A DNA stretch of 64,000 bases from Candidatus Harrisonbacteria bacterium (GTDB lineage Bacteria; Patescibacteriota; Minisyncoccia; UBA6257; 02-FULL-45-10c), in NCBI GenBank assembly GCA_016214655.1, contig JACROC010000006.1, forward strand, positions 21,377 through 85,376, given 5' to 3'. Made by a program: the position numbers and the translations under genes. The notes beneath the pieces are model-generated. The model saw nothing but the letters and a program-made list of their open reading frames with translations, had not been told where the DNA came from and ran no database searches. Shown piece after piece: positions 32,229 to 41,658 of this stretch; the first letter of the stretch is position 1; each line of letters starts with the position of its first letter.

Positions 32229-33346
32229 CCGCATCCGAAAAAATTTGGGAGAAAATAGAAAAAGGGGTATTTATTATTGCTGAAGCAGGCAAGAATTTTA
32301 TTCAAACCGCGGATGACCGGCTGGTGGAAGAATATTTGAAAAACGCGAAAGAATTAGTCGATCGGGCGGTCTGGGCCGGCGCGGACGCAATTAAATTTCA
32401 AACCCATAGCGTTGAAGATGAGCAATTAAATATTGAAATTGTTTCACCCCATTTTAAAGGATTAGACCGGTATCAATGGGTGCGCCGGAATACTTTGGCA
32501 ACGCCGGTAAATGAATTTTGGCGGCCATTAAAGGATTACTGCGAACAGAAAGGAATTGTGTTTTTCTCGACGCCCATGAGCCGCGGCGCCGCCATGCGGC
32601 TTTCCGAAGTCGGGGTTCCGCTTTGGAAGATCGGCTCCGGAGATATATTGGATTTTGTGTGCATGGATTATCTGCGCGCCACGGATATTCCGGTTATTAT
32701 GTCTTCCGGCATGAGTACGCTGGAGGAAGTCCGGAAAGGAATTGATTTTTTGCGCGCGAAAAATCCGCGCGTAGCCCTTATGCATGCGTTATCAAAATAC
32801 CCCGGTCTTCCGGAGGAGGCGAATCTGGCAGTCATGCAGTTATTCCAAGAAAGTTTTCCAGGAGTTCCGATTGGGTTCTCTGAAAATTCTGTAGGTATTG
32901 AGCCGTCACTGCTTGCAGTTGCCTTAGGAGCGACGATTATTGAAAAGCATTTTACTTTACGGCGCGATTTATGGGGTTCAGATCACAAAGTTTCTTCCAC
33001 GCCGGAAGAATTTAAGGAATTGGTCGCGGCAATTAGAAAAATCGAAAATAGTTCGGAAGAAAAGGATCGCTGGATAAATTATCCGAACCTTTCCGCAGTA
33101 CTCGGAAAGAAAGAAAAAATTCTTCAAAAAGACGAGGCGGAATTCAGGCCGATTTTCAGGAAATCGCTGATGGCTGGGATGGATCTTACGGCGGGAACGG
33201 TATTAGAACCGAAAATGCTTTATGCGATGCGCCCGCAAAAGTATGCCGGCGGGCTGCCGTCGGAAGATTATGAAGAAGTTCTTGGAAAGCGGATTAAAAT
33301 TCCGTTAAAAAAATTTGACCCGATTACCAAAATGGTATTAGAATAA
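32225..33346 (+). CDS. neuB: Nonulosonic acid synthase 2 with C-terminal SAF/AFP-like domain
   Basis: IIAEAGKN, AIKFQ, KIGSGD, SSGMS, IEKHFT and C-terminal RKSL...RP. Confidence 0.88.
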   Translation: MTASEKIWEKIEKGVFIIAEAGKNFIQTADDRLVEEYLKNAKELVDRAVWAGADAIKFQTHSVEDEQLNIEIVSPHFKGLDRYQWVRRNTLATPVNEFWRPLKDYCEQKGIVFFSTPMSRGAAMRLSEVGVPLWKIGSGDILDFVCMDYLRATDIPVIMSSGMSTLEEVRKGIDFLRAKNPRVALMHALSKYPGLPEEANLAVMQLFQESFPGVPIGFSENSVGIEPSLLAVALGATIIEKHFTLRRDLWGSDHKVSSTPEEFKELVAAIRKIENSSEEKDRWINYPNLSAVLGKKEKILQKDEAEFRPIFRKSLMAGMDLTAGTVLEPKMLYAMRPQKYAGGLPSEDYEEVLGKRIKIPLKKFDPITKMVLE

Positions 33347-33390
33347 ATAAACTCGTTACATTTTTTTAATCAAGGGTGTTGTATTAGTGT

Positions 33391-34308
33391 ATGAATAACA
33401 CATTAAAAATCGGAATTGCCGGCGTCGGCTGGGTCGGCGCCCAGCTCAAAAAATATTTTGAAGAAGTTAGGGATTTTAAGGTCGGGGAGAATTTACTATT
33501 GTATGATATTTTACCCGAAAAATGCGCTGGCAATATAGAAGATGCAGATGTTATTTTCGTAACTCTGCCCACGCCGCGAAGTCGGAATGACGGATCCTGC
33601 AATATCTCTATTGTTACGTCCGCGATTGCTAAGCTGGATGAATTAAGCAAGGACTCTTCGAAAATTATCGTCATTAAATCCACTGTCCCCCCGGGTACGA
33701 CAGAAGATTTCCAGAAAAAGTATCCGCGCCACAAGTTTTTATTCAATCCGGAATTTCTTACCGAGAGCCGCGCCTGGGAAGATATGATGCGGCCGGACCG
33801 GCAGATTATCGGTTATACCGAACATAGTTTGGATGCGGCCCAATTAGTTCTTTCTTTGCTTCCCAAGGCGCCGTTTATGTCGCCATGGGGAACGGGAACA
33901 TATCATCAGACTCGGATCAGTGCGACTGAGGCTGAATTCATAAAATACGCTGGCAACCTTCATTTTGTCCGGAAGGTGAATTGGGCGAATGCACTGGCGC
34001 GTGCGGCGGAAAAAATGGGCGTGAATTACGAGAATGTCCGGAAGGGTATGGCGGCAGACCACCGGATCGGCGATTCTCACTTGGATGTGCATCATGGCGG
34101 CTACCGGGGCTGGGGAGGATCCTGTTTCCCAAAAGATTTAGATGCATTTATACAATTTGCAAAAAGTGAGGGCCTTTCTGAAGTTGAAACTCTTCTTATG
34201 TCGGACCGCAATTTTAATGAAACTCTTTTACAGGAACAGGGACTTTCTTTAGAGCTGGTAAGCGACCATATTGATAAGCTTGCGGAGAAATTAAAGAAGA
34301 AAGCTTAG
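33391..34308 (+). CDS. UDP-glucose/GDP-mannose dehydrogenase family protein (short form)
   Basis: GVGWVG, LPTP, KSTVPPGTT, NPEFL and GGSCFPKD; ends soon after the central domain. Confidence 0.85.
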   Translation: MNNTLKIGIAGVGWVGAQLKKYFEEVRDFKVGENLLLYDILPEKCAGNIEDADVIFVTLPTPRSRNDGSCNISIVTSAIAKLDELSKDSSKIIVIKSTVPPGTTEDFQKKYPRHKFLFNPEFLTESRAWEDMMRPDRQIIGYTEHSLDAAQLVLSLLPKAPFMSPWGTGTYHQTRISATEAEFIKYAGNLHFVRKVNWANALARAAEKMGVNYENVRKGMAADHRIGDSHLDVHHGGYRGWGGSCFPKDLDAFIQFAKSEGLSEVETLLMSDRNFNETLLQEQGLSLELVSDHIDKLAEKLKKKA

Positions 34309-34382
34309 AAACTAGTTTTGTTTGCAGATTTGGATTGGATATAATAGAGTTAAAATTGCGTAAGGAAACGCAATTTTATTTT

Positions 34383-36590
34383 ATGAGCAATACTGCGTAC
34401 AAAAATTTCGCACTTTTTATAATAAAAGCCGGAGCTTTTATTATCCCATTGATACCGCTTTATATTGCCAATTCTCTATTTTTCCCATATATAACCGGCA
34501 AGGCGTTTATTTTCCGGATATTGGTGGAAATCATTTTTGCGGCTTGGGTATGGCTGGCGATTTTCTATCCGGAATATCGTCCGCAGAAGACTCCGCTTCT
34601 CATTGCCGCATCACTTTTTTTTGCCGCAGTCGTTTTAGCAACTATTTTGGGCATCAATCCAGCAAGGAGTTTTTGGTCCAATTATGAAAGGATGGAAGGG
34701 TTAGTCGCATATCTCCATCTCTTTGCCTATTTTTTGGTTTTAGGGCATGTATTTAAAAAATCCAATTGGATCATATTTTTCAACGCATTCGTATTGGCCG
34801 GCCTGGCGGAAAATATTTATGCGCTTATTCAGAAACTTGGTTATTTGCCTTCGCCGCAAGGCGGATTTAGGGTGGACGGGACAATCGGCAATCCGACGTA
34901 CCTTGCCGCTTATCTTATTTTTGTGATGGCATTCAGCGGCTGGTTATTTTTGCAGACTGCAAACAAATTCGCGAGATATTTTTACGGCGCCATGGCTGCG
35001 TTTTCTCTGTTAAGCATTTATTTCACCGCGACGCGGGGCGTGGCGGTGGCGTTGGTGGCTGGCGGTATTGCGGGAATCCTATTCTATTTGTCGTTAGTCC
35101 GGGCAATGGATTATAAGCAGCGATGGTATCGAAAATTGGCAATAGCCGGATTGGTGCTGATTTTGTTGGGCTCTTTCTCGGTTAAAATATTCAAGGATTC
35201 ATCGGTGGTCAAAAATAGCGAAGTACTTTCTCGGTTCGCCTCAATTTCTTTTTCTGAGGCGAGGACGAGGTTTACGATTTGGAAGATGGGTTTTGCCGGC
35301 GTGAAGGAAAAGCCGGTTCTTGGTTGGGGGCCGGAAAATTACCCGGTTATCTTTGCAAAGTTTTATAATCCAAGCCTCTATTCTCAAGAACCCTGGTTTG
35401 ACCGTTCCCATAATATTATTTTGGATTGGCTTATTAACGCCGGTATATTAGGTCTTTTTTCTTATCTGAGTATTTTAATAATTGCCGGTTATATAGTTTG
35501 GAAATCATATCGCCGTGGGCGGCTCCCGGCAGAAGAAACGATTTTACTGCTGGTACTTTTATTGGTTTATTTTTTGCAAAATCTTTTTGTTTTTGACCAA
35601 ATCGCAACGTACATTAGTTATTTCGCGGTTCTTGCCTATATTCATAATGTTGCGATTTCTGCCGAGATCCATAAGGAAAAGATTAAGCCGTCTATCCGGT
35701 CGTCAGTTGATGCAGCTAATTATGGACCAATCGCAGCCGGTTTTTTGTTGATTCCGCTGGTGCTGGTGGTTTATTTCATAAATGCCAGGCCATTTTTTGC
35801 TAATAAGAGCTTGCTTAATTCTTTAAAACTTCAAAACCTTCAGGATTTCGAAGGGGCCTTTAAGGGTTATGGACAGGCTTTATCGTATAATACGCTTGGC
35901 AATCAGGAAGTCCGGGAACAATTTGTCCGCTTTGCGGTTAATGCCGGAGCGCTTTCGGGAGTTAGTGCGGAATTTAAGAATAAAATTCTTAGCCGGGCCA
36001 TTGAAGAAGCTGAGGGGGGGGTAAAAGAAAATCTTTTGGATCCGCGGGCCTATCTTTTCTTGGGTTCTATCTACAGCCGGGTTGGGTTAATAGATCCTGC
36101 GATTCAGGTTTTGAACAGGGCGGTGGAATTGTCTCCCAGGAAACAGCAAATTTATTTTGAGTTAGCAGATGCTTATCTTAAAAAAGGAGAAAACGCCAAT
36201 GCGGTTAGGGCCCTGGAGAAATCTTTTAATGATGCTCCGGCCTTTGACCAAGCCAGAATGAATTTAGTGGCCGCTTATATTCTAAATAATCAGCAAGATA
36301 AAGCGGATCAGCTGCTTTTGGAGGCTTATAAAAAAGTTAATATTCCGGATCAGCTCCTGGTGCAGGTTTATTCCGTGACAAAAAATTATGAACGGCTGCT
36401 CGGCATTTGGCAGGCTTTTGCCGGTTCTGATCCCGCCAACGTTGAATACCGGAAGCGTTTGGCTGCCGCTTATCTCTTGGTTAATCAGAAAGATGCGGCC
36501 GTCAGCGAATTGGAAGAGGCCATCCGCCTCAGTCCCGGATTCAAGTCCGAAGGCGAAGCGTTAATTGCGGAAATTAGAAAAGGAAAATAA
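34383..36590 (+). CDS. O-antigen ligase/O-oligosaccharyltransferase-family membrane protein with C-terminal TPRs
   Basis: GTIGNP, TATRG, GWGPENY and DRSHN motifs; TPR-like helical C-terminus; ATG at 34383. Confidence 0.85.
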   Translation: MSNTAYKNFALFIIKAGAFIIPLIPLYIANSLFFPYITGKAFIFRILVEIIFAAWVWLAIFYPEYRPQKTPLLIAASLFFAAVVLATILGINPARSFWSNYERMEGLVAYLHLFAYFLVLGHVFKKSNWIIFFNAFVLAGLAENIYALIQKLGYLPSPQGGFRVDGTIGNPTYLAAYLIFVMAFSGWLFLQTANKFARYFYGAMAAFSLLSIYFTATRGVAVALVAGGIAGILFYLSLVRAMDYKQRWYRKLAIAGLVLILLGSFSVKIFKDSSVVKNSEVLSRFASISFSEARTRFTIWKMGFAGVKEKPVLGWGPENYPVIFAKFYNPSLYSQEPWFDRSHNIILDWLINAGILGLFSYLSILIIAGYIVWKSYRRGRLPAEETILLLVLLLVYFLQNLFVFDQIATYISYFAVLAYIHNVAISAEIHKEKIKPSIRSSVDAANYGPIAAGFLLIPLVLVVYFINARPFFANKSLLNSLKLQNLQDFEGAFKGYGQALSYNTLGNQEVREQFVRFAVNAGALSGVSAEFKNKILSRAIEEAEGGVKENLLDPRAYLFLGSIYSRVGLIDPAIQVLNRAVELSPRKQQIYFELADAYLKKGENANAVRALEKSFNDAPAFDQARMNLVAAYILNNQQDKADQLLLEAYKKVNIPDQLLVQVYSVTKNYERLLGIWQAFAGSDPANVEYRKRLAAAYLLVNQKDAAVSELEEAIRLSPGFKSEGEALIAEIRKGK

Positions 36591-38009
36591 TTCTTCTTTT
36601 TGGAATTTTAAAATCAGCAGATAGGCGATTATCGCGATCCCTAGGTTGAAGATTAAATTCAGGCCAAGGGTTTTAAGCAGGGCAGTTGTAATTGCCGTCA
36701 AAACTGCCGCTGTTAGCGGTTTTTTGATTTTATTCCAGATTTCAAATTCGCTTATCTCCTTTAGTTTTTTCCACATTAGAGAGTTGGCAATTATTTGGGT
36801 GAAGAGTGTGGCGGCCGCGCAGCCGGCGATGCCGAAAGATGGGATTAAAAGGAAATTAAAGAAAACATTGCCGATGGTTCCCACTAACGAAAAAGCAATG
36901 AATCTTTTCTGCTGGTCATGCGCCAGGATGGCGTTGTTGATAATTGCCGACGGGAAGACTATTAAAATGGTTCCCAGTAAAATTTGAAAAGAAGCAATGG
37001 AATTTTGGTAAGCCGGGCCAAAAAATAAATTAATAAGCTGATCGCCAAGAATAATTCCGCCAAAAGTTATCGGCAGAGCAGCCAAGAAAACTATCTTCAA
37101 AGAATTTTCCAGAATTTTTTTGAATTCTTCCCGGCTGGTTTTGGCTAATTTGGTAAATACGGGAAATAAGCTGACTGCAAATAGAGCCGGTAAGATATAT
37201 AAGAATTGAACTGGTCGCTGGGCAGCTGAATAAAATCCTAATTCTTCTGGGGTGCGCAGCCAGCCTAGCATGACGATGTCGGTATTTATCATAATTGCGC
37301 CAAGGGATCCGGCGAGCGCTATCGGCCAGGCCATTTCCAAAATTGGCTTGACGAGCTGGTAGTCAAAATGGGTCAGGAGACTGCTGAAGTAAGGTTTCAG
37401 CCGCCAGACGATTAATAAAAACCCGATTGCAGTGGCAATGGCATAGCTGATAGTCAGGTTGAGGCTGTTGGGATAGAACCATAAGAAAAGGAAGCCTAAG
37501 ACGGAAATGGCAACGTTGGTTAAAGTTTCATTTATGCCTTCCCACTGCATTTTTTCCTTGGCCCGGCCGAGGGTAAAACCGAAATTTCTCAAGCTGTCAA
37601 AAATCAAAATTAAAGCGGCAACCGGCAAAAGCGATTTTACCTCCTCGATTTTAGTGATAATCGGAGCGCCGAAGATTAGTAATACGGCACCGAGCATTAA
37701 AAGTACTGATTTTATGAAAAAGGCCGTGGAAAAATATTTGTTGCTGACCTCCGGGCTTTTGGCGGATTCTCTTGTTACAATGGCGCTTATGCCGATATCG
37801 GTAAAAATGGTTAAAAAGGCCACTAAGCTGGTGGCGTAAGAAAAAGCGCCCCAGCTGGCTGGTCCGAGAATTCTGGCGGCATAGATGATAATGGCGACCC
37901 TCGCCAGCCGCCCGAAAATCTGCCCGAAAAATAGCCAGAAAGTATTTTTAGCGATGGACTGGTGGAGATTTTGATTTTCGAAAAGCAGATTTTTGATTCG
38001 CGAAAACAT
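36561..38009 (-). CDS. Flippase (Wzx/MATE-like)
   Basis: IAKNT, ARILG, DIG and DIVMLG..GFYSAA motifs; many TM segments. Confidence 0.88.
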   Translation of the reverse strand: MFSRIKNLLFENQNLHQSIAKNTFWLFFGQIFGRLARVAIIIYAARILGPASWGAFSYATSLVAFLTIFTDIGISAIVTRESAKSPEVSNKYFSTAFFIKSVLLMLGAVLLIFGAPIITKIEEVKSLLPVAALILIFDSLRNFGFTLGRAKEKMQWEGINETLTNVAISVLGFLFLWFYPNSLNLTISYAIATAIGFLLIVWRLKPYFSSLLTHFDYQLVKPILEMAWPIALAGSLGAIMINTDIVMLGWLRTPEELGFYSAAQRPVQFLYILPALFAVSLFPVFTKLAKTSREEFKKILENSLKIVFLAALPITFGGIILGDQLINLFFGPAYQNSIASFQILLGTILIVFPSAIINNAILAHDQQKRFIAFSLVGTIGNVFFNFLLIPSFGIAGCAAATLFTQIIANSLMWKKLKEISEFEIWNKIKKPLTAAVLTAITTALLKTLGLNLIFNLGIAIIAYLLILKFQKEELFSFSNFRN

Positions 38010-38056
38010 ATTAAAAAGCTCTGCCTGTTTGTCGTACGGCAGATAAGCAGAGATTA

Positions 38057-39397
38057 TTACGTGTGGTTAGTGATCAGAAATTTAATAGTCCTTAGAATAA
38101 TCAAAAAATCCAAAAGCGGGGAGTTATTTTTAATGTAGTAAATATCGTATTGCAGTTTCTGATAGGCATCTTCGGCCGAGGCGGCGTAGCGGTAGTTAAT
38201 CTGTGCCCAGCCGGTAATGCCCGGTTTGGTCAGGTGACGGAGATCATAATAGGGCAATTCCTTCCTTAATTTGACGACGAATTCCGGCCGCTCCGGCCTT
38301 GGGCCGACAAAAGACAGCTCGCCTTTCAGGATGTTGATTAACTGCGGCAATTCATCCAGATGCGACCGGCGCAAAATTTTCCCAATCCAAGTCGCCCGTT
38401 TATCTTGATGGTAGTTGGCCCATTGCGGCCCGGATTTTTCTGCATCAACATACATGGTGCGGAATTTATAGATGGTGAATTCTTTTTCGTGTTTGCCGAT
38501 TCTAGTTTGCCTGAAAATTACTGGGCCGGGAGAAGTAAATTTAATTAAAATTGCTATTAGAATTATCAGCGGTGATAAGATTATTCCCAGCAGTAAAGCG
38601 CCCACGATTTCCAGCGGCCCGCTTAATAATTCATAAATTTTATGTTTATTTACCAGATTTTCCAAAAACCAGACTTCTTCCAGTTCGGCTAGCGGGACTT
38701 TATGGAAAATTATTTCATGGAGCCGGGAAAGTTCCATCACTTCGATTCCTAGGACGATGGTTTTATAAATTAATTTGGCCGCCTGGCTGTCTTTTTTAAG
38801 ATGCGCCGGAATTACCATTGTATTGATATTATTAGCCATGATTATCTGCGCCAGATGTCCAAACTCTATGTCTTTAAGGCCTTCCTGCATCCAATATTTT
38901 ACCTGATAGCCGAGCTGCGGATTATTCTGGATATGTTCCATTATTTCTTGGGCGGTTTTATTTGATCCGACGATTAAAACCCGGTTTGCCGCCCCGGTTT
39001 TCCCGACGGCAAAGTTGTAAATTTGTCTCCAAAGATAATTTATACCTCCGAAGACCAAGAAGAAAATAACTAGATTAGTTTTCGGGGTGATGCCGAAATA
39101 GGGTATCAAGTAAAAAAAGATTGCCGTCAGCGCGACATTGAAAATCAGGGCATTCCAAAATACCTGTTCAAACTCCAATCCGTTTTTCAGGAATTTCAGG
39201 TCATAGAGGCCGGCAATGTAAGATACGGCTATCCAGATTCCGAAAATAATTGTGAACGGCTGTATGTGATAATTAATCAGTTCGGCGTAAAATAAATTCC
39301 CGTATCTTAGCCAAAGAGTTAAGATAAGGGCGGCGTAGAGGGTGAGAATGTCGCCGATTATTAAAGTAGTTTGTTTTAATCTGGACAAATTATTCAT
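38057..39397 (-). CDS. Priming polyprenyl-phosphate sugar phosphotransferase (WbaP/WcaJ family)
   Basis: KFRTM, LDELPQ, GPRPERP and KPGITGWAQ. Confidence 0.93.
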   Translation of the reverse strand: MNNLSRLKQTTLIIGDILTLYAALILTLWLRYGNLFYAELINYHIQPFTIIFGIWIAVSYIAGLYDLKFLKNGLEFEQVFWNALIFNVALTAIFFYLIPYFGITPKTNLVIFFLVFGGINYLWRQIYNFAVGKTGAANRVLIVGSNKTAQEIMEHIQNNPQLGYQVKYWMQEGLKDIEFGHLAQIIMANNINTMVIPAHLKKDSQAAKLIYKTIVLGIEVMELSRLHEIIFHKVPLAELEEVWFLENLVNKHKIYELLSGPLEIVGALLLGIILSPLIILIAILIKFTSPGPVIFRQTRIGKHEKEFTIYKFRTMYVDAEKSGPQWANYHQDKRATWIGKILRRSHLDELPQLINILKGELSFVGPRPERPEFVVKLRKELPYYDLRHLTKPGITGWAQINYRYAASAEDAYQKLQYDIYYIKNNSPLLDFLIILRTIKFLITNHT

Positions 39398-39447
39398 TTG
39401 AGTTACTATAATAAGTACTATATTAATATAACAGTAAATTTACCTAT

Positions 39448-40176
39448 ATGGATACTGAAAATCAGAAGCCACAAAGTAGTGGCAATAATCAAAATATATT
39501 TCTTCCAGCCAGCATTTTGATAGCCGCCGTTTTAATTTCCGGTTCGTTGATTTACAGCACCGGCAAGAAAGCCGCTCCAAGCCAGCTGGGCGCCAATACC
39601 GGGGAAGTGGTGGCCGGCGTAACGACTGGGAAGGAATTGGAGTTGACCAGCGAGGATGTAGTTTTGGGCGATTTGAATGCGCCGGTGACGGTGGTGGAAT
39701 ACGGAGATTTTCAGTGTCCTTTTTGCGGCCGTTTTTATTCCACAACCGAAAATCAAATCAGAGAAAATTATGTGAAATCCAATAAGGTTAAGTTTGTGTA
39801 TCGGCACTTCGCTTTCCTCGGACCGGAATCCCGGGTGGCGGCTAATGCGGCGGAATGCGCCAAGGATCAGGGAAAGTTTTGGGCGTATCATGATTCGCTG
39901 TACGATACAGAAATTAAAGATGGCGAAGAGCATAATGGAAATTTGAATCGCGATCTATTTTTATCTTTGGCCAAGGATCTTAGTCTGAATGAGAATGATT
40001 TTACCGCTTGTTTGGATAGTAATAAATATGATGAAAAAGTTCAGAAAGATTATGTAGGCGCTCAAGCGCTGGGAGTCCGGGCTACGCCGACCATTTTTGT
40101 TGATGACAAGAAAGTAGAGGGCGCATTGCCTTATGAACAATTTAAATTGCTGATTGATCAAGAATTATCAAAATAG
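39448..40176 (+). CDS. DsbA/BdbD family thiol-disulfide oxidoreductase
   Basis: N-terminal TM anchor; DFQCPFC; GVRATPT. Confidence 0.9.
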   Translation: MDTENQKPQSSGNNQNIFLPASILIAAVLISGSLIYSTGKKAAPSQLGANTGEVVAGVTTGKELELTSEDVVLGDLNAPVTVVEYGDFQCPFCGRFYSTTENQIRENYVKSNKVKFVYRHFAFLGPESRVAANAAECAKDQGKFWAYHDSLYDTEIKDGEEHNGNLNRDLFLSLAKDLSLNENDFTACLDSNKYDEKVQKDYVGAQALGVRATPTIFVDDKKVEGALPYEQFKLLIDQELSK

Positions 40177-40180
40177 TTTG

Positions 40181-40189
40181 TGGTATAAT
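40181..40189 (+). promoter_or_regulatory. Extended -10 promoter element
   Basis: TGGTATAAT 13 nt before the glutaredoxin ATG. Confidence 0.55.
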
Positions 40190-40202
40190 CTAATTAAGTA
40201 AT

Positions 40203-40442
40203 ATGGCGAAAAACATCACAATTTACTCCACTCCGACTTGCGTTTATTGCAAAATGGCGAAAGAATTTTTTAAGAAAAATAACGTGCAATATACGGAGCA
40301 CAATGTTGCCGAGGATGAAAAGGCCAGAGAAGAAATGGTGGAAAAATCTCATCAGCTGGGCGTGCCGGTGATTGATATTGACGGCGAGGTGCATGTCGGA
40401 TTCAACCGGTCAGAGTTGGAAAGGGCGTTAGGGTTGAAATAG
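40203..40442 (+). CDS. Glutaredoxin/NrdH-like redoxin
   Basis: YSTPTCVYC and GVPVI. Confidence 0.9.
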   Translation: MAKNITIYSTPTCVYCKMAKEFFKKNNVQYTEHNVAEDEKAREEMVEKSHQLGVPVIDIDGEVHVGFNRSELERALGLK

Positions 40443-40454
40443 CTTTTATTTAAA

Positions 40455-40602
40455 GCTGATTTACCAAGTTGTCGTAGAGAAACTACGGAGGCGTCAAAAG
40501 ATTAGTGTCCCGCCTTGCGGGACTTTTGACGCCGAGGCGTAGCGGGCTTGCGCCGCTGGAGCGCGAGAACCGCGGTTCTCATAGACAATTTGGTGAAGCA
40601 GC
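40455..40602. repeat. 148-bp nested-hairpin element (MITE-like or structured RNA)
   Basis: 19-nt imperfect terminal inverted repeat enclosing several GC-rich stems. Confidence 0.6.
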
Positions 40603-40612
40603 CTCTCTTTGT

Positions 40613-41539
40613 ATGTATGATTTAGTTATTGTGGGCGGCGGTCCTGGCGGTGTGGCAGCCGGCGTTTATGCGGCCAGGAAGAAACTTAATACTGTAGTTG
40701 TTGCGGAAAATTTCGGCGGCCAGTCGGCAGTCTCTGCCGACATCCAGAATTGGATCGGAACCAAATCCGTTTCCGGTTTTGATTTGGCGAAAAATCTGGA
40801 AGAGCATTTGCGCGCTCAGCAAGATTTGGAAATCGTTGACGGTGATCTCGTAACTAAAGTTGAAAAAGCCGACGGCGGTTTTAAAGTTTCTACCCGCGGC
40901 GGAAAATTATTGGATACTAAAACCATTTTGGTTGCTTCCGGCAGCCGGCACCGGCGGCTGGGTGTTCCCGGAGAAGACAGGTTAGATGGCAAAGGGGTTG
41001 TCTGGTGTTCCACCTGCGATGCGCCATTATTCGGCGGTAAAACGGTGGCGGTTGTTGGCGCCGGTAATGCCGGTTTGGAAGCGGTCAGGGATTCGCTGGC
41101 CTATGCTTCAAAAGTATATTTAATCGTGCGAGGTGAGGTTATCAAAGGAGATCCGCAGACCTTAGAGGAAATTAAAAAAGATTCCCGCCTGGAAATTATG
41201 TATTTGGCGGAGACGCAAGAAATACTTGGGGATAAATTTGTAACCGGACTAAAGTATTTGGATAAAAAAGACAATCAAGTTAAGGAATTAAAGGTTGACG
41301 GAGTTTTTGTGGAGATCGGCGCTGTGCCGAATGTTGAATTTCTCGGTGATTTAGTCAAAAAAGACCAGTACAATGCGATTATTGTTGATCACACTACCCA
41401 GCAGACATCCCAATTGGGGATTTGGGCTGCCGGTGACGTCACTTCGCTTCTATATAGGCAAAATAATATTTCCGCTGGCGACGCCGTTAAGGCAGTGCTG
41501 AACATTAACGATTATTTGAGCAAGATAAATAGAAGTTAG
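40613..41539 (+). CDS. Thioredoxin reductase (TrxB/AhpF-like)
   Basis: GGGPGG, CSTCD, VGAGNAG and AAGD; true start ATG at 40613. Confidence 0.9.
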   Translation: MYDLVIVGGGPGGVAAGVYAARKKLNTVVVAENFGGQSAVSADIQNWIGTKSVSGFDLAKNLEEHLRAQQDLEIVDGDLVTKVEKADGGFKVSTRGGKLLDTKTILVASGSRHRRLGVPGEDRLDGKGVVWCSTCDAPLFGGKTVAVVGAGNAGLEAVRDSLAYASKVYLIVRGEVIKGDPQTLEEIKKDSRLEIMYLAETQEILGDKFVTGLKYLDKKDNQVKELKVDGVFVEIGAVPNVEFLGDLVKKDQYNAIIVDHTTQQTSQLGIWAAGDVTSLLYRQNNISAGDAVKAVLNINDYLSKINRS

Positions 41540-41596
41540 AATTTTGCTGAATTACTCACGTATTTTCTTTAGACACTTCACCTCAGCAGATACTTC

Positions 41597-41634
41597 ACCC
41601 CAGCTATATTTGCGATCGCAAATATAGCTGGGGT
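41597..41634. repeat. 38-bp perfect palindrome, copy A
   Basis: ACCCCAGCTATATTTGCGA|TCGCAAATATAGCTGGGGT. Confidence 0.95.
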
Positions 41635-41658
41635 ATTATAAATAAACTCCATATATCT

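Noticed and set aside
40505-40612. N-terminal extension of thioredoxin reductase in the ORF track
   Set aside because: It is read-through of the hairpin element; family homology starts at MYDLVIVGGG (40613).
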